This document shows, one piece after another, positions 9,196 to 17,729 of a stretch of DNA of 64,000 nt (position 1 is the stretch's first letter; every line of letters starts with the position of its first letter). Position numbers and translations under genes: made by a program. The notes below the pieces were generated by a model. That model was not told the origin of the DNA and ran no database searches. It was given only the letters and a program-made list of their open reading frames with translations. The stretch comes from a virus. Taxonomy: Duplodnaviria; Caudoviricetes. The stretch covers positions 893-64,892 of IMG/VR virus record IMGVR_UViG_3300035199_000417. One strand, 5' to 3'.

Positions 9196-9595
9196 TCTTA
9201 GCCATAAAGACAGTAGCATTCTTCAGCCTCTCACTCAGTTTCTTGTTGCGTGATTTGAGCGCTCGAATCGCCCGTTCCTGAGACTTCACGGTCTTGGTGG
9301 CCTCGGTTTTTTCTTTGCTTAATTTGCTGGCCTGTTCCTCCGCAGCTAAAGTCCTGCGGAGCCGGGATTCGGCCAGTTCCAGTGCCTCGGTCATCGCGTT
9401 GTGGCACTGCTGGGTCGCATATTTGATAACTTCGTCAATCCGTTTGATCGCCCGCTCAGAAGTGAGGGAGTGTTTATTGTCTCTAACCCACCCCCACAGG
9501 CCCCAGGATTTGACTTCCGCTCGCTTAGAGTGGAGCCCTCTAAGGCGATTGTGAACATCCGTATCCGATTCCTTCCGCTTCAACCGTCCCATCAT
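9170..9595 (-). CDS. coiled-coil hypothetical protein
   Basis: ATG 9595 overlaps the DUF1064 stop (ATGA); helical K/E-rich C-terminus. Confidence 0.55.
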   Translation of the reverse strand: MMGRLKRKESDTDVHNRLRGLHSKRAEVKSWGLWGWVRDNKHSLTSERAIKRIDEVIKYATQQCHNAMTEALELAESRLRRTLAAEEQASKLSKEKTEATKTVKSQERAIRALKSRNKKLSERLKNATVFMAKNGDVKTVR

Positions 9596-9948
9596 GTCTC
9601 CTTGATTTCGATGTTGTACAGGCTCTCGACGATTTCCTTCTTCCGCTTGTATTCCGGTGTTTTGTAGCCCTTGACATCCTCCACTACACATTCCCCGGTT
9701 TCGCAGATAACATATTGGAAATCCGCTCGGTAGTGGTAACTGTTCTTCGTCAGCGAGCGGTCGCCATGAGAGTAAGTGGTTGTCCACCCGAAGCGGGGCT
9801 GCCGTTCTAGAAGATGAATTTCCCCGTCCTTGACCATCTCTAGCAGCGTAAGATACCGCTTCATTTCCTTCTTGCTATCGAAGACTATGTCCCCGTGCGT
9901 CCGCTGTTCCTTCGGACAGACGCTGAACTTTGATCGCTTGCGACCCAT
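9592..9948 (-). CDS. DUF1064-family PD-(D/E)XK endonuclease
   Basis: FDSKKEMKRY, LERQPRF, YRADF, VEDVKG. Confidence 0.88.
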   Translation of the reverse strand: MGRKRSKFSVCPKEQRTHGDIVFDSKKEMKRYLTLLEMVKDGEIHLLERQPRFGWTTTYSHGDRSLTKNSYHYRADFQYVICETGECVVEDVKGYKTPEYKRKKEIVESLYNIEIKET

Positions 9949-10445
9949 TACACACCCTTCGTCCTCTCCTTGGCCTGGGCCTTGACGTAGCGGAGGTGGG
10001 CTGAGATCAGGTCTCGAAACTCGTTCGTCCCCAATCCCTCGGTGACCGCCTTGTCAAGAAATTCCGTTTGTATTGCAGCAGGGAGTCTCGCTAGTGAATC
10101 ATAGTGCCCTTGCGAAAGAGTTTCGAGGGGTCTTCGGTTGGCCTTCGGTATTTTATCTGCGACAGATCGCAGTCGGTTGGCCTGGGAGAGAGAGATTGAT
10201 GGCGGGATACACTGTGCGTACTGGTCGCCAAATCGGCGGTAAGCCTCGTTTAGAAGGTCGCCTATCCACCAGGGCGATGCCTTTAAGCAGTACGCCGCAA
10301 ACTCCATCGCGTTTTCGAAGTCTTGGATGGTGGCATCGCTAGCAACCTTTGCTGATCCTGGGCCGAGATCGCACGGTCCTAGTAGCACAAGAATCGCCCT
10401 CCCTCTTCCATTTGTTCGTACCATGCCGTGTATTGATGGACCCAA
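9948..10445 (-). CDS. LmbU-like DNA-binding protein (true start probably near 10388)
   Basis: ASPWWIGDLL...FGDQY...RR..LS..HY...FLDKA..EGL...EFR pattern. Confidence 0.55.
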   Translation of the reverse strand: MGPSIHGMVRTNGRGRAILVLLGPCDLGPGSAKVASDATIQDFENAMEFAAYCLKASPWWIGDLLNEAYRRFGDQYAQCIPPSISLSQANRLRSVADKIPKANRRPLETLSQGHYDSLARLPAAIQTEFLDKAVTEGLGTNEFRDLISAHLRYVKAQAKERTKGV

Positions 10446-10996
10446 TAGTCGAGGTAGTCGTCCATACCAGGATACGGCGAGCAGACGATTTGCTCGAAGT
10501 CACGCACTCGCCATACGCCGTCTTTCCCCTCTTCCATATGGCAAACATCGAACCAGAAACGCTTGCCGCCAAACAGCCGAAGATAGCTCTGCCACTGTAG
10601 GCTTCGAACGTATAGCTCGCTGTTGATGGTTTTCTGGGTACACTTGAGATCGCGGATTTCAGCCCCGCAGATGTAGTCAGCCACCCCCACCAGATCGTGA
10701 CCGCAGACCGTGGCCTGGGCCTTGACCTGGGGGAGACGATGCTCTGGAAGCCGAGAGGCAATCCGCTCGGCGTCCTTTTCCTCGAAGTAGAAAGCACCAT
10801 GATCGCTGTCAATCTTGATGACACCGTCTGAGTGGCTCCCCTCACCATTGACCGCCGCCTCGAAGCCTGAACCAACAGCCATTCGAGGAGTCCATTCGGT
10901 CAGCCCCAGGGCCGTCCGAATCATGCTGTCCTCTTCCATCCAGTCAAAGGTTCGGAACAGACGATAGGACTCGACGGTGGTGGTGCTTAACCGCAT
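10379..10996 (-). CDS. PD-(D/E)XK exonuclease-like protein
   Basis: LVGVAD...IRDLK...SLQWQSY; located beside the SSB and Sak4-like genes. Confidence 0.7.
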   Translation of the reverse strand: MRLSTTTVESYRLFRTFDWMEEDSMIRTALGLTEWTPRMAVGSGFEAAVNGEGSHSDGVIKIDSDHGAFYFEEKDAERIASRLPEHRLPQVKAQATVCGHDLVGVADYICGAEIRDLKCTQKTINSELYVRSLQWQSYLRLFGGKRFWFDVCHMEEGKDGVWRVRDFEQIVCSPYPGMDDYLDYWVHQYTAWYEQMEEGGRFLCY

Positions 10997-11331
10997 CAGA
11001 ACGGCACGTCTGTCGCCGGTTCCGGTGTAGCCACCGGCTCAGGGTTGTTGACCCGGAACCGAAGACCTTCGGCGGAGAGGAAGTATTTGACCTCACTGCT
11101 CGGGTCTTTTTGCCAGCGGCGTCCGCTCAGTCGAAATATAATCTCGACGTTGTCGCCCACATTGAGCCCGTCAACCTGATCTACGCCGTCCTGGACGAAC
11201 TCTATTGGAATATAATTAGTAAACTTCCCGGTCTCCCTGGTGATTACGACGAGCCGTTTCCGAAAGCCTTTCTGCCCGTACTCCTTGGCGTCGTCGATTA
11301 AATGTACCTTGCCCGCAACTACGCTTTCCAT
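10996..11331 (-). CDS. DUF3127 single-stranded DNA-binding protein
   Basis: YGQKGFRKRLVV...IEFVQD...VGDNVEIIFRLSGRRW; SSB-like DVPF C-terminus. Confidence 0.85.
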   Translation of the reverse strand: MESVVAGKVHLIDDAKEYGQKGFRKRLVVITRETGKFTNYIPIEFVQDGVDQVDGLNVGDNVEIIFRLSGRRWQKDPSSEVKYFLSAEGLRFRVNNPEPVATPEPATDVPF

Positions 11332-11343
11332 AGCTCCCTCTTT

Positions 11344-11619
11344 CTAGGCGAATAGCCCACTCGATTTCGGAGGATTACAAACACTGACCACCCGATGAGG
11401 TGGAATCCAGTAGTAGTCCTCCACTGTTAACCAACCGTCTTTCCAATCTACCCAAGGCACTTCTGAAGCCTTGACTGCTATCACTGAAATTTCCTTTTTG
11501 GTTGTCGAATTTTGGTTGTCCCGAAAGGTCTCGTAAGCCTCTCGCCACGTCTCAAATTGGCCGATTAGCCAAGTGCAGGTGACGAGCTTTCTTTCGGCGT
11601 CGTCTGGCACTTTCCTCAT
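11344..11619 (-). CDS. hypothetical protein
   Basis: 91 aa, 4-nt overlap with the upstream ATPase. Confidence 0.5.
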   Translation of the reverse strand: MRKVPDDAERKLVTCTWLIGQFETWREAYETFRDNQNSTTKKEISVIAVKASEVPWVDWKDGWLTVEDYYWIPPHRVVSVCNPPKSSGLFA

Positions 11620-12563
11620 TTTGGCTTTGCCTTCTTAGTGGGTTTTCGGCGGGGCTTATCTACAAACACCTTTGCTTTCTTGTCGTAGGTTACGCCAACG
11701 GTCGGCAGGTGGCGATTCAGCGATGTCTTCAGTTGTAGCGTCGTAGAATCGGCACAGTCTAGCTCATTAACACGGTCGAGGAACTCGGTAGCCCCGGCAG
11801 CGTTCTTGATATTACCGAGTTGGTCCGAGAAGGAAGTAATAGCCCCAGCGTCAGCCTTTACCCTTTTCGATACTTGGCCCATATGTTCTTTGCAGAAACC
11901 AATGATCTGGCCCATGGTGTCGGTGTGGGCCTCCTCCTTGAAGTCACCTATCCGCATAGGCTTGAGTTGCCCCGGATTCTTACCGACAGAGTCCTCTCGC
12001 GGTGAGAAGTCGATGACGGTGTCGCTACCTGTTTTTCTCAGGTGACCGATAGCATCGCTAACCTTGAAAATCTCGCCGTAACTGCCGCCCTGGATGTCGG
12101 GGCGAACGTATAACTCGTCGCCTCGGTGATCCTCCTTGTCATGGCAAACGAAGATGATGTCCTTATCGAGACTCCGCAGCTTCTTGATCCAGCTTGTGAA
12201 CTCAGCCTTAAGCTCTCCGAAACCGGCCAGCGTCAGCCCGCCAGACGGCTTACCCATGCGACTGTTGCGACCGACAATCCAAGTCGTCAAGAGATCGAGG
12301 GCGCGACCCACGGTGTCAATAACAATGGTATCGAAGCTGTCAAGCTCCTTGGGGTTAAGGATTTCACAGGCTTCTTCCCAGGTGTCTAGTACACAAATGT
12401 CGGAGCGGAAGTGTGAGCGGTGTGCGCCTCGATCAAAGTCGAGAAGCAGGACATTCTTGGCAGACATAGCCAGGGTGCTTTTACCTATTCCCGGTGGGCC
12501 ATAAGTGGTGATGACTATGGGGCCAATCGGCAGTTCTTCTGTGGCTCGTACAATTTTTACCAT
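11616..12563 (-). CDS. Sak4-like (AAA_24) phage recombination ATPase
   Basis: YGPPGIGKS, LLLDFDRG, TIVIDT, IFVCH; start placed at ATG 12563. Confidence 0.85.
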   Translation of the reverse strand: MVKIVRATEELPIGPIVITTYGPPGIGKSTLAMSAKNVLLLDFDRGAHRSHFRSDICVLDTWEEACEILNPKELDSFDTIVIDTVGRALDLLTTWIVGRNSRMGKPSGGLTLAGFGELKAEFTSWIKKLRSLDKDIIFVCHDKEDHRGDELYVRPDIQGGSYGEIFKVSDAIGHLRKTGSDTVIDFSPREDSVGKNPGQLKPMRIGDFKEEAHTDTMGQIIGFCKEHMGQVSKRVKADAGAITSFSDQLGNIKNAAGATEFLDRVNELDCADSTTLQLKTSLNRHLPTVGVTYDKKAKVFVDKPRRKPTKKAKPK

Positions 12564-13108
12564 ACCTTCTCTTCTCTCCTGTATTGGATAACCCGCTCTT
12601 CGAGGTGGCCAGCATCGGCCAACTGTTTTGCTCTCTGCCGCGAAACGCCCAAGACCTCGGCCCAGTCGGCCATATTCTTGGTCTCTCCATTGATCTGAAT
12701 TAGGCGTCCCGGCCACTTCTTTTCATACGTCAGAAAGTTGTCCGGGCCTAATTTTTTCTCTTCAAATTGTTTTTTTACTGCCACGTCCGTGGTGCCAACG
12801 TCCTTGGCCATGCGGTCGGGTTCCATCCATTCTGGGGCTAGTTCGCCCCTCTTAAAGTAATGAACCCACCATTCATATAGCCTCGTCCCATGCAACCGAT
12901 GCGGCTTGGGTCGCCCCTTGGTTACCAGACCGCACTGTCCGCATGATTTTGTGGTCTGGTACTTTATCGACGACTTGAAGGGATTGAATACCGTGCCGCA
13001 ATCGCACCGCACCTTGATCCTGGGATTGGAGCCTTGCCCCTTCTTGTCTTCGATCACTGTAACTCGGTTTATCCTTTGGCCGGTGAGATCGACCCATGTC
13101 TTTGGCAT
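12557..13108 (-). CDS. HNH homing-endonuclease-related protein, nuclease motif degenerate
   Basis: DLTGQR, VRCDCG, KSCGQC, HGTRLY..W, INGETKNMADWAEVLG; GAGGT RBS before ATG 13108. Confidence 0.6.
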   Translation of the reverse strand: MPKTWVDLTGQRINRVTVIEDKKGQGSNPRIKVRCDCGTVFNPFKSSIKYQTTKSCGQCGLVTKGRPKPHRLHGTRLYEWWVHYFKRGELAPEWMEPDRMAKDVGTTDVAVKKQFEEKKLGPDNFLTYEKKWPGRLIQINGETKNMADWAEVLGVSRQRAKQLADAGHLEERVIQYRREEKVW

Positions 13109-13120
13109 GGCTACCTCAAT

Positions 13121-13155
13121 TAAAAAAGCCCACAAATCCTGTCGGACTGCGGGCT
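13121..13155 (-). terminator. rho-independent terminator
   Basis: AGCCCGCAGTCC-GACA-GGATTTGTGGGCT-TTTTT on the minus strand. Confidence 0.75.
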
Positions 13156-13209
13156 GGTTCTTGTGATCCACTCCTCTAACCCTTTATACGTAATCGTACC
13201 GGGGATGGA

Positions 13210-13740
13210 TCACTGATTTTTTGCTTTTTCCTCAGAAGTCGGTATGTATGGCTCAAGTCTGGTGTCGGTGTCGGTGGAAGGACTTGTGGCGGCAGGGGGG
13301 CCAGGGGAGAGCATACCCAGAGCCATGGATAACCCGGTCCCCCCAATACCGCCTAAAAGTGTCGCCAGCCCGTACTTTACGAGTGGCTTTACCAACGATG
13401 TCTTCTGCACAACAGGCGGAGGAGCAGGGACTGCAACCGTCCCGGAGGTCTCCTTGACGCTGGGGGTGTCCTTGGTCTCAGGGCCCCCTGTTATAGAGAT
13501 GTCGTCAGCAATAATGATGTCGCCCACTGGCTCCTCCTCGGACATGGCCGGGATCATTAGGTCGAGGTAACGATCAGCCTTGCGGCGGCTATGGGCCGTC
13601 ACCCCCTGTTGATCCTGGAGGCGAGTCGCCTCCTCCGCTGCCTTCAGCTTCAGGAACTTCGTCAGAACCTTCTCCCGAAGACTCTCTCCCAAGCCGTTCA
13701 AGCTGTTCGTCAACGTGTCGTCTGTAGTCTCGGAGGACAT
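13210..13740 (-). CDS. membrane protein, one C-terminal TM helix
   Basis: YGLATLLGGIGGTGLSMALGML hydrophobic stretch; Pro-rich linker. Confidence 0.6.
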   Translation of the reverse strand: MSSETTDDTLTNSLNGLGESLREKVLTKFLKLKAAEEATRLQDQQGVTAHSRRKADRYLDLMIPAMSEEEPVGDIIIADDISITGGPETKDTPSVKETSGTVAVPAPPPVVQKTSLVKPLVKYGLATLLGGIGGTGLSMALGMLSPGPPAATSPSTDTDTRLEPYIPTSEEKAKNQ

Positions 13741-13800
13741 CAGACGTATCCCCTTGCAAAAAGGCGTTGCGGAGTCGGTGAATCCACATAATACCGTGTG

Positions 13801-14076
13801 TTACGCACCGCCAGCGGTCGCGGGATCGCGATTCGGTGGCAAGTTACGGATCGCAACGGATTCTCTCATGCCTACTTTGCCTTCGAGGTGTTGGCTGCGA
13901 AGCGCGTCTGAGAAGAAGTCGCTGCTATCACTCTGTCGTTGTGCGCTCTTGTAAAGGTGTTCCTTCCAATGCAACGCAGAATCTGGGTCTAAAGCTGCCA
14001 TCCTTGGCTCCTTTATAATAATTTCGGTAGCAGTACCGTGAATAACGTCAACTCCGTTGACATTAGTCGGCGGCAT
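13801..14076 (-). CDS. hypothetical protein
   Basis: 91-aa ORF in the operon; may start at the internal MAALDP. Confidence 0.5.
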   Translation of the reverse strand: MPPTNVNGVDVIHGTATEIIIKEPRMAALDPDSALHWKEHLYKSAQRQSDSSDFFSDALRSQHLEGKVGMRESVAIRNLPPNRDPATAGGA

Positions 14077-15085
14077 GTCCCTGCACCTTGTCTACCCCCC
14101 TGAATCCTATCCGTAGCGGCACCCCCAGGGGTTTGGATTGCCGCAAAATTTCGTCATCCGTGACCGTCCCGTCGCCGTTGGCATCGAAGTAGATGTCCAG
14201 CAAAACGGGAGGTAGTCTGTTTATAATACCACGAACTACCGCATCATCCAACTGTGTGAGCGGCCCCTGTGGCCCAGTATCGCCCTGCGGGCCTTTAATT
14301 TTTGAAATGTGGTCCCTGAGCAATAAAGCGGCCACCTTTGGGGCCAGCGCATCCGCTAGCTTCTCGTAGTCGATCTTGTCGCCAACCACTGGTGGTGGCG
14401 GAGTGTTATCTACAGGAGGTGCTTCTGACTTGGGTGGACCCACCCGACTAGGGGGCTTTCACGTTCCTCCCGGAGGGCAGAGCCACTTGATCTTTGCCAG
14501 AACTCGCTTGGCGAAGTCGCCAATCACCTCGGGTTCTACAGCGTTTGTATGCGTCCACACCGGAGGGTTTCCCGTCCCGGTGATCTCAACTGCCATCCCC
14601 ACAATCTGGCACCCGTCATTGAAGATGGGCCCACCGGAGTCACCCTGGCGAACCGTCCCCTCTAGGCGGTACTTTGTCTTCAGCTTCGTAGCCTTGAATG
14701 TGCCTGATCCGTAGCCGTAAGCGAGATAAACTTTGCCAGCCTCGGCTATGCCGATGGTGTACGGCTTCCACAGTTCGCTCGTCTCGACAGCGAAAGCAGC
14801 AATGTCGTTGCCACTACCATCCATCCAGACGTGTACATTACTTCCGCCGACACTGTGGGGGATAGCTACTAGCGTCTTGTCTAGATTCTTGGCCCAGGCG
14901 TTTCCTGCCGTCGTGTCCACAACGTGCTTCGCTGTTATCATCAGCGCGTAGTGTTTGTCGCCCGTAGTTTTCGAAGCGATTACGAATCCGGTGCCCACTC
15001 GGTCACCACGTCCAACCCGGAGTATCTTCGACCCGCTAACAGGGGCCGCTACCAGGAAAATTAAGACAGCTAAGAATGTTCTCAT
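14063..15085 (-). CDS. secreted trypsin-like serine protease with in-frame UGA at 14459-14461 (candidate selenoprotein, 340 aa if read through)
   Basis: Signal peptide; triad TAKHV / DIAAF / GDSGGP; ORFs 14459..15085 and 14063..14443 are in one frame separated only by TGA; the extension has a Pro linker, Gly-X-Y triplets and an EF-hand-like loop. Confidence 0.75.
14432..14445 (-). promoter_or_regulatory. bacterial SECIS-like hairpin
   Basis: GGGUG-GGUC-CACCC, with 13 nt between the UGA and the stem; GGUC apical loop. Confidence 0.6.
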
Positions 15086-15088
15086 GCG

Positions 15089-15487
15089 TTACCTTTCTGG
15101 CCAGTCACCCCATAGACTACGGCTACCACTTGATTGCCCGTCGAATTGTTGTTCCGTTATCTCTGGATCACCCTCCGTATGCGTATATTCTACCCTCTGC
15201 GCCCGTATTACCCGAAGCACTCCGTCCTCGGCCCAGATCAGGCCGTGGGCTGATTTCCCGTTCTTAATGGGAGAGAAGCGTCGGGCGTTGGGAGCCCCTG
15301 TGCCCCACAACCACCAGGATATGGAGTAGCCAAGGGTATCGTGATAGTCCCAGAGGATGAACTGGAGGCCCCTGCCTCCGCCCACTCCCTGATTCATCTC
15401 CAATTTCTCGCACTGAACCTCCTGGAGGAAGTCATCAGTCTGCGGGACTATGGAGAGGACGATTGTTGCTCCGATGATGGGGGACAT
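15089..15487 (-). CDS. hypothetical protein, hydrophobic N-terminus
   Basis: 132 aa, directly upstream of the protease. Confidence 0.55.
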   Translation of the reverse strand: MSPIIGATIVLSIVPQTDDFLQEVQCEKLEMNQGVGGGRGLQFILWDYHDTLGYSISWWLWGTGAPNARRFSPIKNGKSAHGLIWAEDGVLRVIRAQRVEYTHTEGDPEITEQQFDGQSSGSRSLWGDWPER

Positions 15488-15870
15488 TCTTGCCCCTCTA
15501 TTTGTTCAAGAGTTAGGTGTTTCAACATTCGGCATTCGTGGATAATTTTATCTAGCTCCTCAACGTCGTTAGTCGCGTAGAACGAGTAACAACGATTGAT
15601 GATCTCTCCGAGGGCACAACCAGAACCGAAGTTCAAAAAATTCGACCGGAACGGCTGAACGGCAAACTGTCGATAGTGGTGTCCCCCAACCTGATCGGCT
15701 AGCGGCGAGCAGTCTTCGAAAAAGTTGATGCCTATCGGCTCCTCTTTGTTGACAATATGCACATCTGGACACGCTGTTCCCTGCCCCTTCTCACACTCCT
15801 TCGTAATCTCCATTCGCTCTCTCTTTGGTCTCCCGTTTCCGCTTCTGGGGGCAGGGGTCGTCGTTTCCAT
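15448..15870 (-). CDS. DUF3310/SaV-like domain protein
   Basis: DQVGGHHY...QP motif; AAGGA RBS before ATG 15870. Confidence 0.55.
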   Translation of the reverse strand: METTTPAPRSGNGRPKRERMEITKECEKGQGTACPDVHIVNKEEPIGINFFEDCSPLADQVGGHHYRQFAVQPFRSNFLNFGSGCALGEIINRCYSFYATNDVEELDKIIHECRMLKHLTLEQIEGQECPPSSEQQSSSP

Positions 15871-15883
15871 GACATCGGTTCCT

Positions 15884-16063
15884 TTATTTTTTTGGGCAAC
15901 ATTCGCTACAACTACAATCTTCGCAAATACATTCGCTGTCCGAAGAACATGCCTCGCAACACACGCAAACTTCGCACTGGCACTGTGACTTGACCCTGTA
16001 CAGGGCATAAATGCTGCCACAAACAGCAGCCAACAGTAAGAGTTTTCCTACTACACTTTTCAT
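15884..16063 (-). CDS. 59-aa membrane-anchored Cys-rich, metallothionein-like protein (not in ORF track)
   Basis: MKSVVGKLLLLAAVCGSIYALYRVKSQCQCEVCVCCEACSSDSECICEDCSCSECCPKK; GGAGG RBS; TAATG coupling. Confidence 0.7.
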   Translation of the reverse strand: MKSVVGKLLLLAAVCGSIYALYRVKSQCQCEVCVCCEACSSDSECICEDCSCSECCPKK

Positions 16064-16221
16064 TATCTTTTCCTCCGATTAAATATCCTCCGTACACCCA
16101 TCACTTCAATTATTTTGGCGGCGATAATGGCGCTGCCAATAACGATGGCTGCGTACAAGAAACCATCAGCGATATTCTGAGAGGCCGTGTCGATAGACTC
16201 GGTAAATTCGGTGAAGCCCAT
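16063..16221 (-). CDS. 52-aa single-TM protein, holin-like (not in ORF track)
   Basis: MGFTEF...FLYAAIVIGSAIIAAKIIEVMGVRRIFNRRKR; TM helix with a basic tail. Confidence 0.55.
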   Translation of the reverse strand: MGFTEFTESIDTASQNIADGFLYAAIVIGSAIIAAKIIEVMGVRRIFNRRKR

Positions 16222-16242
16222 GTGGACTGCCCCCCAAAATGT

Positions 16243-16689
16243 TTAGACGCTCGCCACAAAGAGTTCTACGGATACGGCGTTGCCACCCGGATTCACCTGA
16301 ATGCTCGCTATGTCAGCCATGGTGCCAAAGCTGGGGCTTGTGTCCGCTTCTGCCAGCATCAAATCGTCAGGGGCCCCAAGTATGTGGCTCTCTCCCGCTC
16401 CAACAGTAACTTGGTAAAGCGTAGCAGCCCCCACAACAGCTAACTCGATTGCATTGGTGCTGTCTTTATTGGTAACCCTAATGTACTTAACATCATCAAC
16501 GTCTAGCGCTTGCACAGAAGTGTGGACGCTGGCCGCAAACGTCAGTATGGTCGTAGTCTGCGAGGCCGTGCAGGTCACCTGCCGCTTGAATACGTTATTT
16601 ATCCCTGTGACGGTGCGGGTTGTGCTTCCGCCCTGATCCACACCATTTATGGTTACGTTCTCTGTAACTGTTGACGTAAATGTTGCCAT
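16243..16689 (-). CDS. beta-rich phage protein, possibly structural
   Basis: T/V/S-rich, KYIRVTNKDSTN motif also echoed in 41911..42276. Confidence 0.6.
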   Translation of the reverse strand: MATFTSTVTENVTINGVDQGGSTTRTVTGINNVFKRQVTCTASQTTTILTFAASVHTSVQALDVDDVKYIRVTNKDSTNAIELAVVGAATLYQVTVGAGESHILGAPDDLMLAEADTSPSFGTMADIASIQVNPGGNAVSVELFVASV

Positions 16690-16789
16690 CTAAATCCCCC
16701 TTTTTCTATAAAACCAGACCGCAGAGGCGATCAGCATGGCCCCTATCATTACCGAAAAGAGTTTCCATTCTGACCACGCTAAAGGTATT

Positions 16790-17449
16790 TTACATCCTCC
16801 GCAGGATATCACCAACCGTTTCAAAATCATCGCTTCCCAATATCCCATCGACAAACCCATAGTAAAGCGCGTCCTCTGATGTGAGCCACCAATCGTGCTT
16901 CTCTTGCATCCGCTTATTCAAATAATTCTTTATTTTTGTGGGGCCCATGTCCGAGAAATATTCGCCGTCTGCTACTGCGTCTACATAAGAGGCCAGCATC
17001 TCTTCCCTAATTCGTTCTTCCCACTCAGCCGTTGATTGTGCTGCCCGGAATGTCAGTCCGTCAAACTCGCTGTACCCTTCGTGTATGAGCCAGTCGCATG
17101 AGGGCATGTTCACCCGCAAACTGTCGCCCTGTCGATGGCACCCAGTTGTAATCACCGTGCCCATACTGGCTACGATGCCGTGGCATATAAGAAGTATTGG
17201 AGACGTGCTGGTAGCGATGGCGTCTCGGATGACTATTCCGCAGCACCAGTCCCCGCCGATGCTGTATAGATGGACGGTGATGGGTTGGTCGGATGCCGCC
17301 TGAAGGATTCTCAGGTTCTTTACAAAGGCGAGACCCTCATCCCCCTCGGCCACAAGCTCACCACCAACAAACAACTCTCGCTGGGCGATGACGATGCCGT
17401 AGTCGTGGGCGCTCTTAACCGTGTCATTATCTGGCTTCTTTACCGCCAC
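16790..17449 (-). CDS. clpP: ClpP-like protease subunit
   Basis: RELF, SIGGD, GIVASMGTVI (Ser), LIHE (His), DWWLTSEDALYYGFVDGI. Confidence 0.85.
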   Translation of the reverse strand: MAVKKPDNDTVKSAHDYGIVIAQRELFVGGELVAEGDEGLAFVKNLRILQAASDQPITVHLYSIGGDWCCGIVIRDAIATSTSPILLICHGIVASMGTVITTGCHRQGDSLRVNMPSCDWLIHEGYSEFDGLTFRAAQSTAEWEERIREEMLASYVDAVADGEYFSDMGPTKIKNYLNKRMQEKHDWWLTSEDALYYGFVDGILGSDDFETVGDILRRM

Positions 17450-17729
17450 GTTTCTTCTTCTCTTTCATTGTAAAGCGGTACATCTGTGTAACTGTCTTGG
17501 CGTCGGTCAACGGGCTGATGATCGTCACCCTCCCCAGCGATTCCAGTAGCCCCGCCTTCTTGAACTCCAAGAGCTTGGACAGGGCGGTTCTCGACGAGAT
17601 GCCTCGGTACTCGGCAAACTCCTTGGAAGTAAACCCACCGTCTGGCCTGCCGTCGATCCCGCTTTCATGGAACAGCGCCTCATCAGCGACCTCCGCAAAA
17701 CGCTTCAGGCTGTCAAAGTCGCCACCCAT
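17427..17729 (-). CDS. winged-HTH protein
   Basis: GFTSKEFAEYRGISSRTALSKL...AGLLE. Confidence 0.6.
   Translation of the reverse strand: MGGDFDSLKRFAEVADEALFHESGIDGRPDGGFTSKEFAEYRGISSRTALSKLLEFKKAGLLESLGRVTIISPLTDAKTVTQMYRFTMKEKKKRGGKEAR

Noticed and set aside
14459-15085. The serine protease as the enzyme that cleaves the R-x-S motifs of the giant protein
   Set aside because: It has a signal peptide (exported) and Thr rather than Asp at the approximate S1 position (GTVRQGDS), so Arg-specific cytoplasmic processing is unlikely
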